From contig OY969699.1 in assembly GCA_963702025.1 (NCBI GenBank), positions 1,472,001-1,536,000 on the forward strand: 64,000 bases of DNA. The letters run 5' to 3'. The notes under the pieces were generated by a model. That model had not been told where the DNA came from and did no database searches. It worked only from the letters and a program-made list of their open reading frames with translations. How positions within the stretch are numbered: position 1 is the stretch's first letter; every line of letters begins with the position of its first letter. The translations under genes were made by a program, and so were the position numbers. This DNA is from an uncultured bacterium. GTDB lineage: Bacteria > Babelota > Babeliae > Babelales > Vermiphilaceae. Shown here in pieces: positions 58,984 to 64,000 of the stretch.

Positions 58984-59080
58984 GCATGGTTCGATACGAT
59001 TGCTAACGCAATCACTCAGCACGAACGGACTCCACCACCGTTCGTGCTGAGTAGAAATCGAAGATTTCGTATCGAAGCAT
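58984..59080. repeat. REP-like inverted doublet
   Basis: TTCGATACG-hairpin-ACTCAGCACGAACGG / CCGTTCGTGCTGAGT-hairpin-CGTATCGAA. Confidence 0.75.
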
Positions 59081-59109
59081 CTTTTTACCTAATTCAATTT
59101 AAGAACTCG

Positions 59110-60099
59110 CTATTCTCTTCCCAGCCACTCCTTCACAATAAAAGGTTGATCACCAAATATGAGACTAATTTCATCTACAACCGTATCAGTGCCCGTAACT
59201 GTACCGTGCCATGGTGATATCTGCACTTTATAATCACCCAATTTCGACGCGATAAAAGAAAAATTTGAATCAGCACGAATCAAACAATCAAATCGTGTTA
59301 ATGCAAAAAAATCATCCAGCACATTAATAAATTCATTGTTTTCAGTAGTGCGGTAATCAAAAATCATGCGATCCGAGCGCACAGCCTCAGCATATTTTTG
59401 CGCAAGTTGGCCAGGATCATCATGATCGGTAAAAAGATAAACATATATGGTGCCGTGCTGAAACAATCGAGTAATTTTTTTAAGTTGTTCGATATAAAAT
59501 GAATCGGGGGCAAATCGTAATGGATGTGAAGCAGTGAGCTGCTCGGCCGTAATCCGATAAACGGGAATATCCCAACCCGTTCCCTTGCGCACATGAACCG
59601 CAACGGTAAGCTTATCAGCCGGCAGTGCCGGTATGCATGTCGGATTTAGTGGGCAAATCATTTTCTGCAACAGTGCTTTAAAACCGGGATCTTCCCAATC
59701 TACAAAGAATAAAAACGGGAAAATTTCATCATTACGATTAAATATCGATTCAGGAAAAAACGGAATCACATACAATGTGCCACTATCCGGATCAATAGTA
59801 GAATCGGCAAACGAATATTCAACAACCGCATCAAACTGCGCTTCAAGCTCTTGGCTATAATGAATCTCATAAAGATCAATCATTAACTGATCAGAGTAAC
59901 CAAATGGCTTATAGAGCAATGGAATTCTATATTTGTAAGAAATCCACTTTGCGTGGCAATAAGAAAGAAGATTGTCCCCAAATCTACCGCCGCTAAAGGT
60001 GTAAGTTACCGCGCTGGAGGTGCCCGATAGCGGAGAAACAAGAAACAAAATAATTATACTAAATAACATAATGCGCTGATAAGATACTGAAAAACTCAT
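59110..60099 (-). CDS. GT11-like glycosyltransferase with signal peptide
   Basis: GGRFGDNL, VAVHVRKG, FTD, DF..L..FD.LIRADSNFS. Confidence 0.65.
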   Translation of the reverse strand: MSFSVSYQRIMLFSIIILFLVSPLSGTSSAVTYTFSGGRFGDNLLSYCHAKWISYKYRIPLLYKPFGYSDQLMIDLYEIHYSQELEAQFDAVVEYSFADSTIDPDSGTLYVIPFFPESIFNRNDEIFPFLFFVDWEDPGFKALLQKMICPLNPTCIPALPADKLTVAVHVRKGTGWDIPVYRITAEQLTASHPLRFAPDSFYIEQLKKITRLFQHGTIYVYLFTDHDDPGQLAQKYAEAVRSDRMIFDYRTTENNEFINVLDDFFALTRFDCLIRADSNFSFIASKLGDYKVQISPWHGTVTGTDTVVDEISLIFGDQPFIVKEWLGRE

Positions 60100-60266
60100 A
60101 TGCTCCCTCTTTACGCTCCCAATGAATTGTAAAATTACTTGTAAAATATCCCAACTTTTTATTCTTCACAACTGTAATTTTTCTTTTTTTTATTCGATCT
60201 AGACAAAACAATAGAAAATTAGTAATTCTTGAGCATTACATTTTTTTAAAAAAGTATGGTATTAAA

Positions 60267-61251
60267 ATGAATACAAAAAATATTTCTTTAAGAAGTCTTG
60301 GCGTCTACACTCTTATTTGCAGCCAGGCACTCATAGCCGCTCCAACGTTTGAAAAACAGTGGCAATATGCAGCATGAATATAATCGCATATGCAATTCCC
60401 TTAAAAAGCAAGGTCTGGAAGAATTAGAAGAAACACATGTGCATCCGTATTGGCAAGCCGAGAAAGAAGAAATAAGAAATTTTATATTAGGCGCACCCGA
60501 AAGCAATTTTCTAAGTAACTGGCAAATCCGTTACAATATGGTCAGAAAAGAAATGGGGGCTGCTCAAACGTATGAAATATGTTACTTGGAACATTGCATC
60601 AGCGAAAAGACAAAAAAACAACTTGCGCTTTTTAAAGAAAGTGATTTCGCACAACTTGATATAGACTGTTATCAATTCAATTGTTCAAGCAATACGCTCG
60701 GACATCTTTTTTATGCTGCAAAAGTCTTGGAAAACAAAAAAGATTTACCCATTAATACTATTGTTGAATTTGGTTCAGGATATGGAAACTTGGCACATAT
60801 TTTTAAAACAATTTTACCCGACTCAACTATTTTCCTCATTGATTTGCCGGAAGTATTAGCAATTCAGCTTCTTTTTTTAAAAGCAACAATGCCAAATGTT
60901 CCGGTATATTTTCATTCGGAAGCATGTGCTACATACCAAGAAAAAGCGATCCATCTACTACCAATACACCTTATTAAACAACTTACTATTAATACCGATC
61001 TTTTCATTTCCACTTTTGCGTTAAGCGAATCCACACAAACCATACAAAGATTGGTCATAAAAAATAACTTTTTTAATGCCAAAATGGTGTATATTACCGG
61101 GCAAATTGATGGCTGGGGAAATCTCGATTTTGTATCTCACCCAATCATCATCAGCGCAGTAAAAAGCTATTGTAAAACAACGCAGTGCCAACCAATGCAT
61201 TATATTTTAGGAGATCGTGTTTCATACGAAATTTTAGGCACAACGTATTAA
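60267..61251 (+). pseudogene. Putative sugar O-methyltransferase, frameshifted near 60352-60366 (or sequencing error)
   Basis: Signal-peptide frame MNTKN..ALIA-APTFEK (60267-60377) is offset by one base from the catalytic frame (VEFGSGYG, IDLPE, DLFISTFALSE). Confidence 0.6.
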
Positions 61252-62022
61252 AATTGCATAAATAGAGAGCAGTAATGAGAATAATATCAAAAATTGGGAT
61301 CCAACAGCTCGGTTTTTTATTCAGCATTTTTTTTATTGCAGCACTAACGGCAAATCCCCTCGGGGCAACAACAAACCAAACCGATTTGATTATTTATTCC
61401 TATGATCGCCCCATGCAACTCTACGCGCTGCTTGAATCAATCGAAAAGTATGTCACGGGACTAGCAACTATTTCTGTTATTTACCGCACCAGTAATCACG
61501 CATTTGAAGAGGCATACAAAGAGGTTCAAATCCACTTTACCAACGCACATTTTTTCAAACAATCACCACCGTATGATGATCTTAAAACATTAACGTGCGC
61601 ATGTTTTGCCCAAGCCAAGAGCCCGTATATCCTTTTTGGCGTTGACGATATTATTGTTAAAGATTTTATTAATCTTAATGAATGCATAGATGCGCTCGAA
61701 GAATCACATGCTCATGGCTTCTTCTTTCGGCTGGGGAAAAATCTTGATTTTTGCTACGCAATGAATTGTTCTCAACCTCTGCCACTTTTAAAAAATGTCC
61801 GGCCATGCATATATTCCTGGCATTTTAATGAAGGGCTTTATGATTGGCACTATCCTCATAACCTTGATTTTACCCTGTACTCTAAATCAGATTTTGAAAA
61901 TCTGATTGAATCACTCGATTATAAAACTCCCTACTCATTAGAATCACAACTCATGGGCCATGTGGAGTATAGTAGGATTGGACTTTGTTATGAATCATCA
62001 AAGATTGTTAACTTCCCTCTTA

Positions 62023-62946
62023 GAGCCTATCTGAAAACTAAATTTTCTTGATAATGATTATCTGGAAGGCGAATTGCACTAATGCAAGAAAGTTAATGGA
62101 TAACTTTTCATAGCGAGTGAAAATGCGCCTAAATCGATTTATCCAAGAAAAAGTTCTTTCAACTACCCATCGTTTTAAATCTTTCTCAGAAGCAACACGA
62201 GGTTTGTTTTTCGGCTTCTTTGGAGGCATGACAGGAGTAAAATTTCTTTTGATGGCTTCGGCCTTATTTTTTTTAGAAACAAAGCCTTTATCTGTGCGAA
62301 GATAATGATTTTTGGATTGTGGTATTTGTTGTTGCAAATTATCAATAAGGCTTACAAATACTTGCGTATCATGCCGATTGCCGCTCGCAATAGTGGCTCC
62401 AATCGGGATTCCTGCTTCTTCAACAACAAGATTTAATTTTGTTCCTAATTTTCTTCGATCCACAGGACTTTTTCCTGTTTTATCACCTCCTAAAGGCGAT
62501 TTTTTATGGTTAGAGTCTATTGATTGATCATGAAGAGCTAGGCCTATTTTTCGATCATAAAGCATCAAAACTGTTTTCCAAATTTTTTGAAAAGCACCCG
62601 CTCGAATAAGTTCTTTAAATCTTTGATAAATAGTTTTTGATGGGCCAAAACATAATGGCAGAGCTTCCCATTGACATCCAGTTCTTAACAGATAATACAT
62701 TCCAGCTATTAATGGTTCGTTATCCACACGAGGCCGCCCTGTTTTTTTTGGCGGAATATTTGCTGCTATAAAGTTATGAAATTCTTGCAAAAGTGGTTCA
62801 GGTATGACATATTTTGATGGTATAATTTCTTTGTAATTTAAAAGCTTCATATGAAAAATCCCTCTTTGTTTGTGTTGCTACTACAAGAGGGATTGTATTT
62901 TTTCTATCTATTTTTTCAACTGCCTACAGAGTTTTCAGATAGGCTC
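62023..62946 (-). mobile_element. IS5 family insertion sequence (924 bp)
   Basis: Perfect terminal IR GAGCCTATCTGAAAACT / AGTTTTCAGATAGGCTC, TTA target duplication. Confidence 0.93.
62038..62850 (-). CDS. IS5 family transposase
   Basis: GRPR, LRTGCQW..LP, IDS, DKGF, RWVVERTFSW..RFRR. Confidence 0.95.
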   Translation of the reverse strand: MKLLNYKEIIPSKYVIPEPLLQEFHNFIAANIPPKKTGRPRVDNEPLIAGMYYLLRTGCQWEALPLCFGPSKTIYQRFKELIRAGAFQKIWKTVLMLYDRKIGLALHDQSIDSNHKKSPLGGDKTGKSPVDRRKLGTKLNLVVEEAGIPIGATIASGNRHDTQVFVSLIDNLQQQIPQSKNHYLRTDKGFVSKKNKAEAIKRNFTPVMPPKKPKNKPRVASEKDLKRWVVERTFSWINRFRRIFTRYEKLSINFLALVQFAFQIIIIKKI

Positions 62947-64000
62947 TTAATATCGTGCAAACCGATTGGCCAAACAATTGCGATAATAATTATGGCACCA
63001 CGCAATTACTCGAACTTTTTAACCAAGATCTCAAAATTGACATAAAGCCCATTCATGGCATTGCCAATAAATCGGCCCATATCTCCGGCAATACATTAAT
63101 TACCTTCGTACCCCGTAAACCGCTTGATGAGAAGCTTATTGTTATCGTAACCCCTTCGTATAATAATAAAGACTGGTGGGAGTGGAACCTTTCTTCTCTT
63201 TTGAATCAAAACTATAAGAATTATTACATTCTCATCACCGATGATTGCTCAACGGACGGCACCGGCGATGCATTGGAAAATTATATTACAAGCAACAATC
63301 TTGAACACAAAGTAAAACTGATAAGAAATAAAAAACGCCGTGGGGCATTATATAACCACTATATGATGATTCATGGTTGCCCTAATGAGGCAATAATTGC
63401 AAACGTTGATGGGGATGACAAATTACCAGATGATCCTGAAATATTAAATAGGCTTAATATGATTTATTCGTTGCAAGATGTCTGGCTCACCTATGGGCAA
63501 TTTGTAGAATATCCTAGTGGCCAAAAAGGATGGTGCTGCCCTATTCCTGAAAATATAGTTAAAAATAACTCTTTTAGAGAATTTACCCATTTGCCATCAC
63601 ATTTGCGAACCTATTATACGTGGCTTTTTAAATGTATAAAGCTTGAAGATCTCCTTGATCGCACCGGTAATTTTTATTCAATGACCTGCGATTATGCGAT
63701 GATGCTCCCCATGATAGAAATGGCCGGGGAACGGCATCTCTGCATACAAGATCAAATTATGTATGTCTACAATAGTAGCAATAATCTCAGCGATCACAAA
63801 ATCAGCAGACAACTCCAAGCTCATATTGCTCAAGTAATTTGCGCAAAAAAACGATACAACAGACTTCCTGAGAGTGCAGAATCTTTTGCTCAAAACCTTG
63901 AAAATGAAAAAGCTGATTGGATTATTTTTGCAGAAGATGCCAACCCTGAATTATTAGAACGATTTATCATATCAATACAACACAAAGTTACCGGAACCGG

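Larger units (their letters stand above)
61275..64000 (+). pseudogene. Multidomain GT2-like glycosyltransferase split by IS5 (continues beyond window)
   Basis: Removing the IS and one TTA restores ..KIVNFPL-NIVQTDW..; the frame then stays open to the window end with TDDCSTD and VDGDD motifs, paralogous to the C-half of 51585. Confidence 0.88.

Noticed and set aside
57934..59217. ORFs 57934, 58106, 58948 and the 5' extension of 58261-59022
   Set aside because: They read through GC-rich palindromic repeats

Overview
A 64 kb, AT-rich bacterial chromosome segment. It most likely comes from a host-dependent intracellular bacterium; gene content (NTT nucleotide transporter, many orphan signal-peptide proteins) points to Candidatus Babelota (Dependentiae/TM6), but this is an inference that 16S classification should confirm. 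1-22 kb: housekeeping, repair and nucleotide-scavenging genes (uvrA-like, three NUDIX hydrolases, NTT, LigD-type ligase, mscL, murA, rRNA pseudouridine synthase, tdk, radA) mixed with secreted orphans. The orphans include a CaaX-ending duplicated-domain protein and a phosphothreonine-lyase-like protein; a separate helical protein ends in an SSB-tail mimic. 22-28 kb: complete minus-strand rrn operon (16S-tRNAIle-tRNAAla-23S-5S). The 23S carries a 746-nt group I intron at position L1917 encoding a LAGLIDADG homing endonuclease. 32-51 kb: nine co-oriented secreted genes. Seven have a shared delta-60 repeat N-terminal region fused to different phage-tail-fibre-like, collagen-like or BclA/C1q-like C-terminal parts, including a ~850-residue G-X-T collagen. 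51-64 kb: glycan-modification locus (GT2, ABO-like GT6, GT11-like, methyltransferases) whose enzymes nearly all carry signal peptides, plus nested palindromic repeats, a MazEF pair, an AAA ATPase, a frameshifted methyltransferase and an IS5 splitting a glycosyltransferase. The best candidate for an undescribed system is a modular, glycosylated surface-fibre array with exported glycosylation enzymes. All family calls are by eye from motifs; no searches were run.
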